Below are positions 16,242 to 25,104 of a stretch of 37,963 nucleotides of DNA, in pieces; the first letter of the stretch is position 1; the number at the start of each line of letters is the position of its first letter. Source of the DNA: a virus (Duplodnaviria; Caudoviricetes). A program made the translations under genes and the position numbers. A model generated the notes under the pieces. It was given only the letters and a program-made list of their open reading frames with translations, made no database searches and was not told the DNA's origin. Where the stretch lies: positions 1-37,963 of IMG/VR virus record IMGVR_UViG_3300042934_000176. One strand, written 5' to 3'.

Positions 16242-17797
16242 TATTTATCACCGTCGCCTTCATCATCTTCCGGATTATTATTACCATTGTCCATATTAAA
16301 CATATCAGCCTCATCACCAGTAACCTGACCTTCCTTTGCAATCTGTTCTAACTCTCTCTTTGCTGTTTCTTCATCGCACTTTTGAATCTGCATAATAGCC
16401 TTTAATTTTGATTTAAGCCCGGCTCCTACAAGTTTAATGTTATTATCTATAATGGCATTTTCATCAATGATGATTGAGTCATCAAATCCTATTGTAACCT
16501 CGTAATCTTTAACCGATTTAAGATCACCAATAGCAATACCAAGTATAATAATACTCTTAACAGTATCTTCTAAAGTCTCTTTAATAAGATTTTGATGCGA
16601 TTGCTTAGTTCTATATGTCTTAGAGTTCTGACTAATTACTTCTGTAGCTGTTTTTAAACCTTGTGCTGCATCAAAAGATAATGTTCCAGGAGATAACCCC
16701 GTCTGAAAGCATAAAATATTTAGTAAAGCATTAATAGCAGATACATGCTCTTCTACTCTTAATGTCATTGTATTATCAGCGATTTTGAGTTCCTCTGTCT
16801 CATCTTTCCTCATCGCCTGGTAAACTTCATCCTCTGCATCGAAGTATCTAACCATATGCCCAGGATTCTCTGGATCAGGCACTGCTCTAATTGCGCTAAC
16901 TGGAACAATGATTCTTTTCCGACCCAGAACAAATTCTCTGTTAAAACTATCAAACGCAACATCTAAGGCTTTTAATGTATCTAATGCATTTGCAAATACT
17001 GAAACACCTAATGGGCTGTTTGTATCAATGTTATTCGCTACAGAAGGGCGCATATAAGAGAATATGCTATCAGATACATTGTCTATATAAATAACTGGCT
17101 GCAAAGTTGGATATAAGACAGATAGAGCAACTTCTACACCTACTTCATCCTTCTTATCACTCTCAAACAAGTGGTTTTCAATAACAATCCGACTGTATTG
17201 AGTACCATCTTCATTTGTTGCTATTTCTGTATACTGCCATTCGAAAAGGGTGTAATATTTCTTTCCTTTGGTTGTCTTACTAATAAAAATACCATCGTAA
17301 ATAGCTCTGTTATCCCATCTAGTAGGTATGAACATATCTGCATCAACATAATCTAGTTTTATATTGCCATTCTCAAGATAGGTTTTAATTACACTACCAC
17401 CAATTGCAAAATTTAACTCTAGTAAGTCAGAAAAGTTCTTCCAGAAGCCATTAGCCTGCAACACTTTCTGTACATATTCATCATAGTCTTTATCTGAGAC
17501 AGTTATATCTACCTGTTCGGAGAATGTAAGATTGGCTAACTCATTACACAATACCTTAGCAGCTCCAAGGGAATCCATTAATCTCTCTTTACCTGGGTTT
17601 AGCCCTGTTCTTTTAACTGTTCTCCAAGGAGGATTGCCTTGCCATATCCTTTTCCATAACCCAATACTATTACTGTAAAAATCGTCATAGTCTGGAATAC
17701 TTCTATTCTGAAATGCTGATTTAGCACCTTTTATAATACCCATGCTGTACAATAACCTCCTTATTGCTTGAAATATTTTAGTGAACACCTTTCTCAC
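16241..17797 (-). CDS. Portal protein (A118/SPP1-like)
   Basis: SPLGVSVFANA, EF.LG.KRIIVP, KTATEVIS and FDDSII motifs; follows terminase. Confidence 0.92.
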   Translation of the reverse strand: MRKVFTKIFQAIRRLLYSMGIIKGAKSAFQNRSIPDYDDFYSNSIGLWKRIWQGNPPWRTVKRTGLNPGKERLMDSLGAAKVLCNELANLTFSEQVDITVSDKDYDEYVQKVLQANGFWKNFSDLLELNFAIGGSVIKTYLENGNIKLDYVDADMFIPTRWDNRAIYDGIFISKTTKGKKYYTLFEWQYTEIATNEDGTQYSRIVIENHLFESDKKDEVGVEVALSVLYPTLQPVIYIDNVSDSIFSYMRPSVANNIDTNSPLGVSVFANALDTLKALDVAFDSFNREFVLGRKRIIVPVSAIRAVPDPENPGHMVRYFDAEDEVYQAMRKDETEELKIADNTMTLRVEEHVSAINALLNILCFQTGLSPGTLSFDAAQGLKTATEVISQNSKTYRTKQSHQNLIKETLEDTVKSIIILGIAIGDLKSVKDYEVTIGFDDSIIIDENAIIDNNIKLVGAGLKSKLKAIMQIQKCDEETAKRELEQIAKEGQVTGDEADMFNMDNGNNNPEDDEGDGDK

Positions 17798-17800
17798 CTC

Positions 17801-19084
17801 CTAATTGATATAGTCCGTATAGAAGTGATTAATACTATATCTGAATTCATCCATTGCATGATTATAAGCATCTATTGGCTTACCGTTTGCATCCCTGCAG
17901 TACATACCAATTTCTTTTAAGAAGTCATAATGGCTATATGTATCTGTCTCAACCAAATAAAACAAGCCGTCATTGATAGCATTTTGCGCTCTCTCAAGTC
18001 CGACTTCTATACCTTTACTGGCTCCTACTTTTTCCTTGCCATTATTATTTGCTTTATCTGTAACAATGCCTATCTTGTGTAGTTCTTCTCTTAACGACTT
18101 ACAAGCAGGGTCCACATAAACACTTGAACGGTGCATTCTGAATTTCTTTTCACACCAATTTATAAATGATTTAATCTCTACTGCATAGGTTGACATAGCC
18201 TTAACCTGTCCTGTTTCGGTTCCTGAATGATAGTAATGAGCCACCCTGTACATAATATACTTCTTGATCATTTTATCGTATATGATGATATTGCAAGCAC
18301 ATGAGGTTGCGTCTCCCTGGCCACCATCTGCAGAAAAGAATAATTCAACCATTGTTTGGTTATTCTTATCATCTATTAATTTAGCCTTAATATGTCTCGC
18401 TGGATCAAACATGGCATATATCACTCCGGCCGGAATAACTCTCTTACCCTCCCAGTCTCTTGCATAAAGATAAGGACTCTTAAGCAGTGTCTTTCTTATT
18501 TCTTCTTTACGTTCTGGAGTAATAATTGGATTATCATTTATTGTCCAATGTAACCAGGATGTATCTTGTACCTCAAATACTTCTTTAATAACTGGATCAA
18601 ATGGTGCCGGAGGGTTAAGATCTGCAACATGCCATCTCTTTTTAGCAGCAAAGGTACGTCTAAAACATTCCTGTATCATATTCATGTGAATTAAGTTGAT
18701 TTCACAGAAGTATACAGAACCAAGTGATAAACCGGTAATACCCTTATGGCTATCTGCTTTACCGCCACCTTTATAGTAGACTCTTCGAATACCTTTTGGA
18801 GTAGTAATCTCTAAGTGGTCACCGTTGTCATCGTGTCTCATTCTGCAGTTACCATCAAATATATGTATCAATCCAAAACCATCACATTCCATCACAAGTT
18901 TATATGCTTGCTCCTGATTGTATGCCACTACAAGATGGTTCTGATCATCTGACTGCAATAAATATAAAGCGTATCTAAACACTATAGCAGTGGTTTTAGC
19001 ACTTCTGGGAGTGCCCTCATTAACTTCTAGAGTATGTTCGAATGGCTGCGTGATATATGTTGATTGCTTTTCTGACCATATCAT
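17801..19084 (-). CDS. Terminase large subunit (PBSX-like)
   Basis: Walker A EGTPRSAKTT, VYFCE, LNPPAP, YVDPA and NHAMDEFRY nuclease motif. Confidence 0.93.
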   Translation of the reverse strand: MIWSEKQSTYITQPFEHTLEVNEGTPRSAKTTAIVFRYALYLLQSDDQNHLVVAYNQEQAYKLVMECDGFGLIHIFDGNCRMRHDDNGDHLEITTPKGIRRVYYKGGGKADSHKGITGLSLGSVYFCEINLIHMNMIQECFRRTFAAKKRWHVADLNPPAPFDPVIKEVFEVQDTSWLHWTINDNPIITPERKEEIRKTLLKSPYLYARDWEGKRVIPAGVIYAMFDPARHIKAKLIDDKNNQTMVELFFSADGGQGDATSCACNIIIYDKMIKKYIMYRVAHYYHSGTETGQVKAMSTYAVEIKSFINWCEKKFRMHRSSVYVDPACKSLREELHKIGIVTDKANNNGKEKVGASKGIEVGLERAQNAINDGLFYLVETDTYSHYDFLKEIGMYCRDANGKPIDAYNHAMDEFRYSINHFYTDYIN

Positions 19085-19797
19085 TTATTACCACCTACCA
19101 ATTCAAGCAGAGCCTCCATAAGTGAAGTATCAGACTTATTATTAAGATCTGCTTTCTTCTTAATGAGTGCAATACGTGCTTTCTGCTCCTCAGTAGCAAG
19201 CTCCCAATTGTTATGCAGCAGTTCATCATATTGCTTAATCATACTCTCTAACGTCTTCATGGCCCGGCTCTGTGCCTGCAGGAATGTAGCATGTTTATCC
19301 CAGGCCTGTTGTACTTCCCATTTTTCACTGGATCCTGATTCACTGTATCCCTGTGCTATTTGAGTAGTAGTTGAATCTTCCTGGTCCTTAACATACATAA
19401 GCTTTTGTGCCCGGATAATCGCTGTATACTGCAGCTGTATATTATCCCATAGTAAATCGAGTGGATCCGCTGATTGAATAGCTCCCATTATCTCTCTTGT
19501 TTCTTCCGGAAGCCATTTCGCAAAGAAACCATACTTCTCAGCTTTTTTATTACCAGGTGGTCCACCATCCGCATTTTTATTGCCAGGTTGTCCACCTTTA
19601 GAACGTTTGGAACGTTCCGTATTTGATTGGAGCGTTCCATTCAATTGCTGTTCCCAATTGTCTTTCGACTTCCACCCTCTAACAGAACCTGGTGAAATAT
19701 TTAGTTGACTTGCAATCTCAACTAAATCAATATTACCATTATTATCTTTATAGATTTGAAAAGCCATATCTCTATTTGGATCTCTTGCTTTTGGCAA
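19081..19797 (-). CDS. Terminase small subunit
   Basis: N-terminal HTH (IASQLNISPGSVRGWKSKDNW), GGQPGNKNA motif; overlaps terL start. Confidence 0.92.
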   Translation of the reverse strand: MPKARDPNRDMAFQIYKDNNGNIDLVEIASQLNISPGSVRGWKSKDNWEQQLNGTLQSNTERSKRSKGGQPGNKNADGGPPGNKKAEKYGFFAKWLPEETREIMGAIQSADPLDLLWDNIQLQYTAIIRAQKLMYVKDQEDSTTTQIAQGYSESGSSEKWEVQQAWDKHATFLQAQSRAMKTLESMIKQYDELLHNNWELATEEQKARIALIKKKADLNNKSDTSLMEALLELVGGNK

Positions 19798-19832
19798 CTA
19801 TCACCACCTCTTATTCGTCGGTTTTGTGTATG

Positions 19833-19860
19833 AAAAAAGGAACTGGTGTGAACAGTTCCT
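19833..19860 (-). terminator. Intrinsic terminator closing the moron upstream of terS
   Basis: GGAACTG/CAGTTCC stem followed by TTTTTT on the minus strand. Confidence 0.8.
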
Positions 19861-19877
19861 GAATGTTATAATTTCTT

Positions 19878-20024
19878 TTAGATGCTTATTATTATCTGTG
19901 AATGAATTTTTTTTAATAGACATTTTCTAATCCATTTAATAATAAATGGAGATACAACAGTTATAATTAGTAGTGCAACTACATTTGTCAAAACGTCATA
20001 AATAACTCTTTCGAAAAAATCCAT
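19878..20024 (-). CDS. 48-aa single-TM peptide (type I toxin-like), not in ORF track
   Basis: RBS AAAGAGGT; MDFFERVIYDVLTNVVALLIITVVSPFIIKWIRKCLLKKIHSQIIISI*. Confidence 0.6.
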   Translation of the reverse strand: MDFFERVIYDVLTNVVALLIITVVSPFIIKWIRKCLLKKIHSQIIISI

Positions 20025-20132
20025 ATAATAATACCTCTTTAAATTTTATAGATTTCACTATGCCAATAATCTTTACTTAATTCAAATGTAATATTTTCCA
20101 TTAATGTAAAGTATACCAAAATATTTAAATTA

Positions 20133-20441
20133 TTAATTTTTTAAAATTTTTAACATTTCCATAGACTCTTTTACTAAATTGTTTGATACATTAATATCTA
20201 ATATATCGCAGTCTTTTTCAATAACACCAAGATCTACCAATGTTATTACTGTTGTTTTTATAAATGATATTCTTAAGTATTCCATAATCATTGATATGTC
20301 TTTATGGATGCTTATTTTGTCATCCAAATTTCCATTCTCAAATAATCTATTAATTAATTGATTGTCTTCAGATGCCATGGAAAATTGAGAATTTATCATC
20401 AATTTCTTAAAAAGTTCGCTTACCGTTATTTTATCTTCCAC
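20133..20441 (-). CDS. Hypothetical protein (AT-rich moron)
   Basis: GTG start after GGGGGTGA RBS, own predicted promoter; no recognisable motif. Confidence 0.7.
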   Translation of the reverse strand: MEDKITVSELFKKLMINSQFSMASEDNQLINRLFENGNLDDKISIHKDISMIMEYLRISFIKTTVITLVDLGVIEKDCDILDINVSNNLVKESMEMLKILKN

Positions 20442-20465
20442 TTATATCACCCCCTTATACTACAA

Positions 20466-20494
20466 ATACTACCACTATTTGCCATGATCTGCAA
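20466..20494 (-). promoter_or_regulatory. Putative sigmaA promoter of the moron
   Basis: TTGCAG-17 nt-TAGTAT with TG extension. Confidence 0.5.
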
Positions 20495-20498
20495 CACT

Positions 20499-20535
20499 AA
20501 AAAGGCATCCAGGAACTTAAAGCCTGAATGCCTTT
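20499..20535 (-). terminator. Intrinsic terminator downstream of tRNA-like element
   Basis: AGGCATTCAGG/CCTGGATGCCT stem followed by a T run on the minus strand. Confidence 0.7.
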
Positions 20536-20578
20536 GAGGGGAGTATAAATAATTAATAAAGGTCACTGGGGAAGGGAG

Positions 20579-20659
20579 TGGAATTGGCAGGAGTCGAACC
20601 TACCCCGCGGATTATTGGTGCACCTCACCACATTAACTTACCTCGTTAAATACAATTCC
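20579..20659 (-). ncRNA. tRNA-like RNA (pseudo-tRNA) with non-canonical anticodon arm
   Basis: Acceptor GGAATTG/CAATTCC + A, D-arm TTAAC/GTTAA with GG loop, TGGTG/CACCA stem, T-arm GTAGG-TTCGACT-CCTGC; no encoded CCA. Confidence 0.75.
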
Positions 20660-20730
20660 AAATCAGCTACCGGGCTTTTACACCCGGAAGCCGGAAGGAG
20701 GTTCATGACTATGTCTGAACTTCCATGCTA

Positions 20731-20763
20731 ATTATATAACAGGTTTTTGTGGAATTGTTGGAA
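20731..20763 (-). promoter_or_regulatory. Putative activator-dependent late promoter
   Basis: TATAAT at 20736-20731 with tandem TTCCAACAA-TTCCACAA repeats in place of a consensus -35, at the 3' end of the activator gene. Confidence 0.55.
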
Positions 20764-21169
20764 AGTTTATATAAGTTCGAATTTTTTTACTTATACCACT
20801 AAAGTCCATATTTAATAATTCGCCTATTTCTCTTAGCTTCCTTCCATCCACATATCTGTATTCAAATATCTGTCTCAATTCACAGTCTGGTATATTGCTT
20901 ATGTAATCCTCAATATCTAAAATAAGCTTCCTAGCTGTTTCTATACGTTTCCTTTTCTTGGCTATCAACTCCTCTAGCTCAATTACTTCCACCGGATCAT
21001 CCATTAGTACTCCTACCCTAATCGGAGTATAAGGGAAGTCCTTCATAGAAGAACTAACTTTACCGGCAACTACTGTCACCTCTTTATCGCAAAGCTCATT
21101 GATTCTTTTCTCCTGGTCAATTATTTCCTGCTTTAGCTTTCTGTACTGCTTTAGTTCCTTTTCCGTCAA
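20732..21169 (-). CDS. Late transcriptional activator (ArpU/RinA-like, sigma region-4-like HTH)
   Basis: LKQYRKL..EI start; I..IPD.ELRQIFEYRYVDG....EIG C-terminal HTH; last early gene before packaging module. Confidence 0.85.
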   Translation of the reverse strand: MTEKELKQYRKLKQEIIDQEKRINELCDKEVTVVAGKVSSSMKDFPYTPIRVGVLMDDPVEVIELEELIAKKRKRIETARKLILDIEDYISNIPDCELRQIFEYRYVDGRKLREIGELLNMDFSGISKKIRTYINFPTIPQKPVI

Positions 21170-21203
21170 TTAATCACCCCTTTAACTTTTTCATACCTGA
21201 TAC

Positions 21204-21947
21204 CTACTTTTTCCCTAACAACATTTTACGCCTAAACTCATCCTTGCTCATTTTATTAACATCTAGGAAAGGATCATTTTGTTTTATGACAAGTCTCTTA
21301 AGTCCATGCTTTTCAATAAATTTATGTAACTCATTAGAATTAACTCCAAAATATTTGGCTGTATCTACCAGACTGGTAGAACCGTTGGTATAAATTTCCC
21401 GAACTGCCTCAACTGTCATAACCGGATAAGTAAGTTTATTTTTTGGTATTGCCTCTCTTATTATTCCGTGCTGATTACAAAATTTACGAATAGTGAAATC
21501 AGAACACTTAAGCTTTTCAGCAATGCCTTTATAAGACATACCTTTATTAACATATAGGTCCCTTATCTGCTCTTCATCTAACTCAATTACTTTTCTACCA
21601 CCCGCTTTAGGACACTTGTCAGTTTCAACCATCTTCTGGACAGCATTTTTAAACTCCGGATTAATGATTGCCGGCTTTCTTTTCTCTACTCCAAGCAGCT
21701 GTTCTAGCTCTGCAGTCTTTTTATTCCTCGCACCAATTATTCTAGTGACCACCATGTCTTGTAGATCTACCATGTCATCCTGGCTTAATACTGTGTCTAT
21801 AAAAGTAGTACCCCCATTGCTATGTAATGCAACTTTACTAGCACCGGTCACAGATAATACTGCTTCGAAGTCTTCTAGTTCTCCCATGATTCTGTTTATG
21901 TTCTTCACGCGTTCATTCGCCTGCTCTAATAATGTTTTAGTATCCAT
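21204..21947 (-). CDS. Hypothetical protein with two C-terminal HTH-like repeats
   Basis: IRDLYVNKGMSYKGIAEKLKCSDFTIRKFC and VREIY...SLVDTAKYFGV....LHKFI. Confidence 0.7.
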   Translation of the reverse strand: MDTKTLLEQANERVKNINRIMGELEDFEAVLSVTGASKVALHSNGGTTFIDTVLSQDDMVDLQDMVVTRIIGARNKKTAELEQLLGVEKRKPAIINPEFKNAVQKMVETDKCPKAGGRKVIELDEEQIRDLYVNKGMSYKGIAEKLKCSDFTIRKFCNQHGIIREAIPKNKLTYPVMTVEAVREIYTNGSTSLVDTAKYFGVNSNELHKFIEKHGLKRLVIKQNDPFLDVNKMSKDEFRRKMLLGKK

Positions 21948-22013
21948 ATTTACCCTCCATAATTTTCTTTATTCACCTATAGATGAATAATCTGATTTTA
22001 TTCATTATTAAGG

Positions 22014-22181
22014 CTATATTTTATTTAGCTCTTCATTGTAGCCCCAATCTACGTATTCAAATGCAGCTTGTTTACCTGCTTCTTCAATCTCTTCTTCGGT
22101 AGCATTATCCTCTACTTCAAATTCAAATTCACACTCTGAACCAACTACATTCGTACTAATACTTCCAACAAATTTTCGCAT
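22014..22181 (-). CDS. Small acidic phage protein
   Basis: Start re-assigned to ATG 22181 after GGAGGT; VGSECEFEFEV...TEEEIEE pattern. Confidence 0.7.
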   Translation of the reverse strand: MRKFVGSISTNVVGSECEFEFEVEDNATEEEIEEAGKQAAFEYVDWGYNEELNKI

Positions 22182-22210
22182 ATCCTTTACCTCCCTAAAT
22201 GATAATTTCA

Positions 22211-22348
22211 TTACTTACCACATGAACCACGTAACCCCTTAACTTTTGGTTTAAGTGGATTTCTATAACACACATATCCACTGCTTAATACGGAATATCC
22301 ATTGAAATATTTTGAGAAAAAGCAATCATTACAATATCTTTTTTTCAT
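22211..22348 (-). CDS. 45-aa Cys-containing hypothetical protein, not in ORF track
   Basis: MKKRYCNDCFFSKYFNGYSVLSSGYVCYRNPLKPKVKGLRGSCGK*; fills operon gap, GCAGGT RBS. Confidence 0.45.
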   Translation of the reverse strand: MKKRYCNDCFFSKYFNGYSVLSSGYVCYRNPLKPKVKGLRGSCGK

Positions 22349-22357
22349 GAATACCTG

Positions 22358-22735
22358 CTAATCCGTAAAAGTAATCTCAATACCATACTGCTCTTTACAT
22401 ACCTGCAGATATTCTGCCATCGGTACCGTATCGCTGATAATTGCTTCTACCTTTTCATCAAAGGTCTTCTTAAACTTATGTACCTGGAACTTACTAAATC
22501 GAAACTCTTCCAGGAGAGCTACCATGCTTATAACTATTGCTACCTCTGTCGCATGTAACCGCATCTTAGTTGTTGCAGCTTCCATTTCAGCCTTAGTAAG
22601 GTTAAGTGATACTCCAGTAAGGTTCCTGTACTGTATTTCTTTCTCCAGGGCTTCGATGCCACCATCATTTACTATCTTAAGAGCCATGGCTAATCCCTGG
22701 TTCCGGCCAGTCATTAAATCATTTGTCTTTCCCAT
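22358..22735 (-). CDS. Hypothetical phage protein
   Basis: In-operon ORF with RBS; GRNQGL..ALKIV..GGIEALEKEI. Confidence 0.75.
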   Translation of the reverse strand: MGKTNDLMTGRNQGLAMALKIVNDGGIEALEKEIQYRNLTGVSLNLTKAEMEAATTKMRLHATEVAIVISMVALLEEFRFSKFQVHKFKKTFDEKVEAIISDTVPMAEYLQVCKEQYGIEITFTD

Positions 22736-22928
22736 CTAATTCCCTACCTCCTTCTGCATAATTCAGAATGTCGCACACGTACTGCCCCATCCGACATTCC
22801 GCACAGATATATTCCAACATCTCCTGACTAACACCGAGTCGCTTTGTATCCCTGGGATGCCGGCACAGGTTGTCGCAGATGTGTTCCATCATTTCAGTGG
22901 TAATTACATTTAGGTTCATGCTATGCAT
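22719..22928 (-). CDS. Small Cys-rich hypothetical protein
   Basis: HICDNLCRHP...ICAEC; coupled to neighbours. Confidence 0.7.
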   Translation of the reverse strand: MHSMNLNVITTEMMEHICDNLCRHPRDTKRLGVSQEMLEYICAECRMGQYVCDILNYAEGGRELDGKDK

Positions 22929-23112
22929 CCTCCTTCATAAGCCATTCCTTAATACAGACAATACAACCCTTTTCTAAACCATCATGTCTGCATCCAATCA
23001 ATTCATTTGTTTCATCATAGTGCAGATTACAGGCTTCCTCATACTCATCTGTTCGATAAATTGCATCTGCCAGTCTATCTATATCTTTCGTATATTTCTC
23101 TGCATTTGTCAT
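22921..23112 (-). CDS. Small Cys-containing hypothetical protein
   Basis: MTNAEK...CIVCIKEWL pattern. Confidence 0.7.
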   Translation of the reverse strand: MTNAEKYTKDIDRLADAIYRTDEYEEACNLHYDETNELIGCRHDGLEKGCIVCIKEWLMKEDA

Positions 23113-23124
23113 GATTTCTCCCTT

Positions 23125-24501
23125 CTAAGCAGCCCTTATACTCTCGATTCTTGCTTTTAAAGCATTTAATAAGTCATCCTGCGTTACTCTCTTATTCTCC
23201 AATGCGGCCATAACATCTTCATCCATAGTTCCGGCAACCACCAAATGGTGAATTATAACTGACTCCGTCTGGCCCTGCCTATACAACCTGGCATTCGCCT
23301 GCTGGTAAAGCTCCAGTGACCAATTTAACCCGAACCAGACGATGATATTACCTCCAGCCTGAAGATTTAACCCATATGCTGCACTCGCTGGATGCGCTAG
23401 AAGTACATCAATCTTTTTATTGTTCCAATCCTCTATGCTCTTAGGGTTCTTAAGCTCTGATACTCTAAGCCCTGTCTTTGATAATGCTTTCTGTAGTCTG
23501 GCTAGATCGTGCTGGAAATTATAAAACACAAGAATAGGTTTACCCTGTGCCGCTTCGGCTATCTCCATGAAGGCTTCGACCTTGTTGTCATGGATTTCAA
23601 TAACGTTCCGGTTTTCGTCATAAATAGCTCCATTACACAACTGCAATAATTTATTTGACAACACAGCTGCAGTACCGGCATCAATCGTTGTTGTATCGTC
23701 AATCTCCAATAACATTTCTCTCTGCAGCTCGTCATATCTTTCCTGGGACTTGCTATCAAGCTTAACATACCTAACATTATCAATTCTTTCTGGTAAGGTA
23801 AGATAATCCTTGGCAGATAGACTGATACAGATATCCTTTAGTTTTTCGTTTATCAGCTCCTCCGCTCCGATCTTAGGCATGTAACTGAAAACTCTCTCCC
23901 TGGTACGTTTATCTGGATCAAAATAACGGACTCTGTATGCCGTTACTGTTGTCTCTAATCTCTGTCCAGAATCCAAAAGAAATACTTGTGCCCATAAATC
24001 CATTAGCCCATTAGGGGCGGGGGTACCGGTAAGGCCTATCATTCTCTTAATGTGGGGCCGTACCAGGCATAGCTTTTTAAACCTCTTTGCTGATGGATTT
24101 TTAAAGCTGGAAAGTTCGTCTATAATAACCGTATCAAATGGCCAGCTGTTCCGGTAATAGTCTACTAACCACTGCACATTATCACGACTTAGTACATAAA
24201 TATCACCTGGGGTATTTAAAGCCTTAATGCGCTTTATCTGGGATCCTAGAACTGGAATAACACGAAGCAGCTTTAAATGTTCCCACTTCTCTGCCTCTCT
24301 TGTCCAGGTATCCTCCGCTACCTTCTTTGGGGCTATCACTAACACTTTACGGACCTTAAAACGGTTATACCTTAGGTCATTCATTGCTGTAAGAGTAATA
24401 ACGGTTTTACCCAGTCCCATATCGAGAAACAGTCCTAAATTTTCCTCTGACACTAGACGATTGACACAGTATCTTTGATAGTCATGCGGTACAAATTTCA
24501 A
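23125..24501 (-). CDS. SNF2-like (SF2) helicase
   Basis: HDYQ, DMGLGKT, IIDELS, LTGTP, GLNLQ and QANARLYRQGQ motifs. Confidence 0.95.
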   Translation of the reverse strand: MKFVPHDYQRYCVNRLVSEENLGLFLDMGLGKTVITLTAMNDLRYNRFKVRKVLVIAPKKVAEDTWTREAEKWEHLKLLRVIPVLGSQIKRIKALNTPGDIYVLSRDNVQWLVDYYRNSWPFDTVIIDELSSFKNPSAKRFKKLCLVRPHIKRMIGLTGTPAPNGLMDLWAQVFLLDSGQRLETTVTAYRVRYFDPDKRTRERVFSYMPKIGAEELINEKLKDICISLSAKDYLTLPERIDNVRYVKLDSKSQERYDELQREMLLEIDDTTTIDAGTAAVLSNKLLQLCNGAIYDENRNVIEIHDNKVEAFMEIAEAAQGKPILVFYNFQHDLARLQKALSKTGLRVSELKNPKSIEDWNNKKIDVLLAHPASAAYGLNLQAGGNIIVWFGLNWSLELYQQANARLYRQGQTESVIIHHLVVAGTMDEDVMAALENKRVTQDDLLNALKARIESIRAA

Positions 24502-24833
24502 ATCAGACCACCTGCCTCTAAGATATCTAAAACAATATCATGCTGTTCTCCGGTGCACTGTTCAATCCCAAATATCACACTGTCAATAGCTTCCGGATCA
24601 TCCAGTACACACACGAAGCAGCCATATCCTTTAAGCCGTTCCATCTGTAGGGACTGAAGTTTCGTAGGTTTCTTACCCTTTTGCTTTAATTCTACAAAAC
24701 CGATACGGCCGCCAGGTAATACTACCAGTCTGTCCGGCACACCATCGTTGCCCGGAGATACAAATTTATACGCTCTGCCACCGGCAGCTTTCACCTTTTC
24801 TGTAAATTTCTTTTCAAGCTCTTTTTCAAGCAT
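24498..24833 (-). CDS. VRR-NUC domain nuclease
   Basis: EKELE...KFVSPG..GVPDRL...FVELK...LQ. Confidence 0.93.
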   Translation of the reverse strand: MLEKELEKKFTEKVKAAGGRAYKFVSPGNDGVPDRLVVLPGGRIGFVELKQKGKKPTKLQSLQMERLKGYGCFVCVLDDPEAIDSVIFGIEQCTGEQHDIVLDILEAGGLI

Positions 24834-24857
24834 TTTTATCCCTCCAAATTTAACCGA

Positions 24858-25104
24858 TGTAACAATGTAACATCCAATTTCCTATATATTACCCTATATA
24901 TACGCGTACAAGGGTACGCAGGGGTACGTGTACCCTTATTTCCTTTATTATTATATATTTATATATAAAAATGTTACAATGTTACAAATAGTAGTTTTAC
25001 TAGTAATATCAAGGCTTTAGGGTGTAACATTCGAATGTTACAAGCTGTTACAATGTTACAAAAGAATGTTACAAAATCGAAGAATGTTACAAGAGAATGT
25101 TACA
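24858..25104. repeat. Iteron cluster, probable replication origin
   Basis: 11 copies of TGTTACA/TGTAACA around an AT-rich tract, at and downstream of the primase-helicase 3' end. Confidence 0.8.

Noticed and set aside
19601-19640. Repeated GAACGTT / GGAACGTTCC palindromes in terS
   Set aside because: Within coding sequence for the NGTLQ..TERS segment; could mark a pac region but nothing in the sequence alone supports that.
24858-25104. CRISPR-like array
   Set aside because: Repeats are 7 bp, irregularly spaced and in both orientations; the Cas4-like gene is a DUF2800 replication exonuclease.
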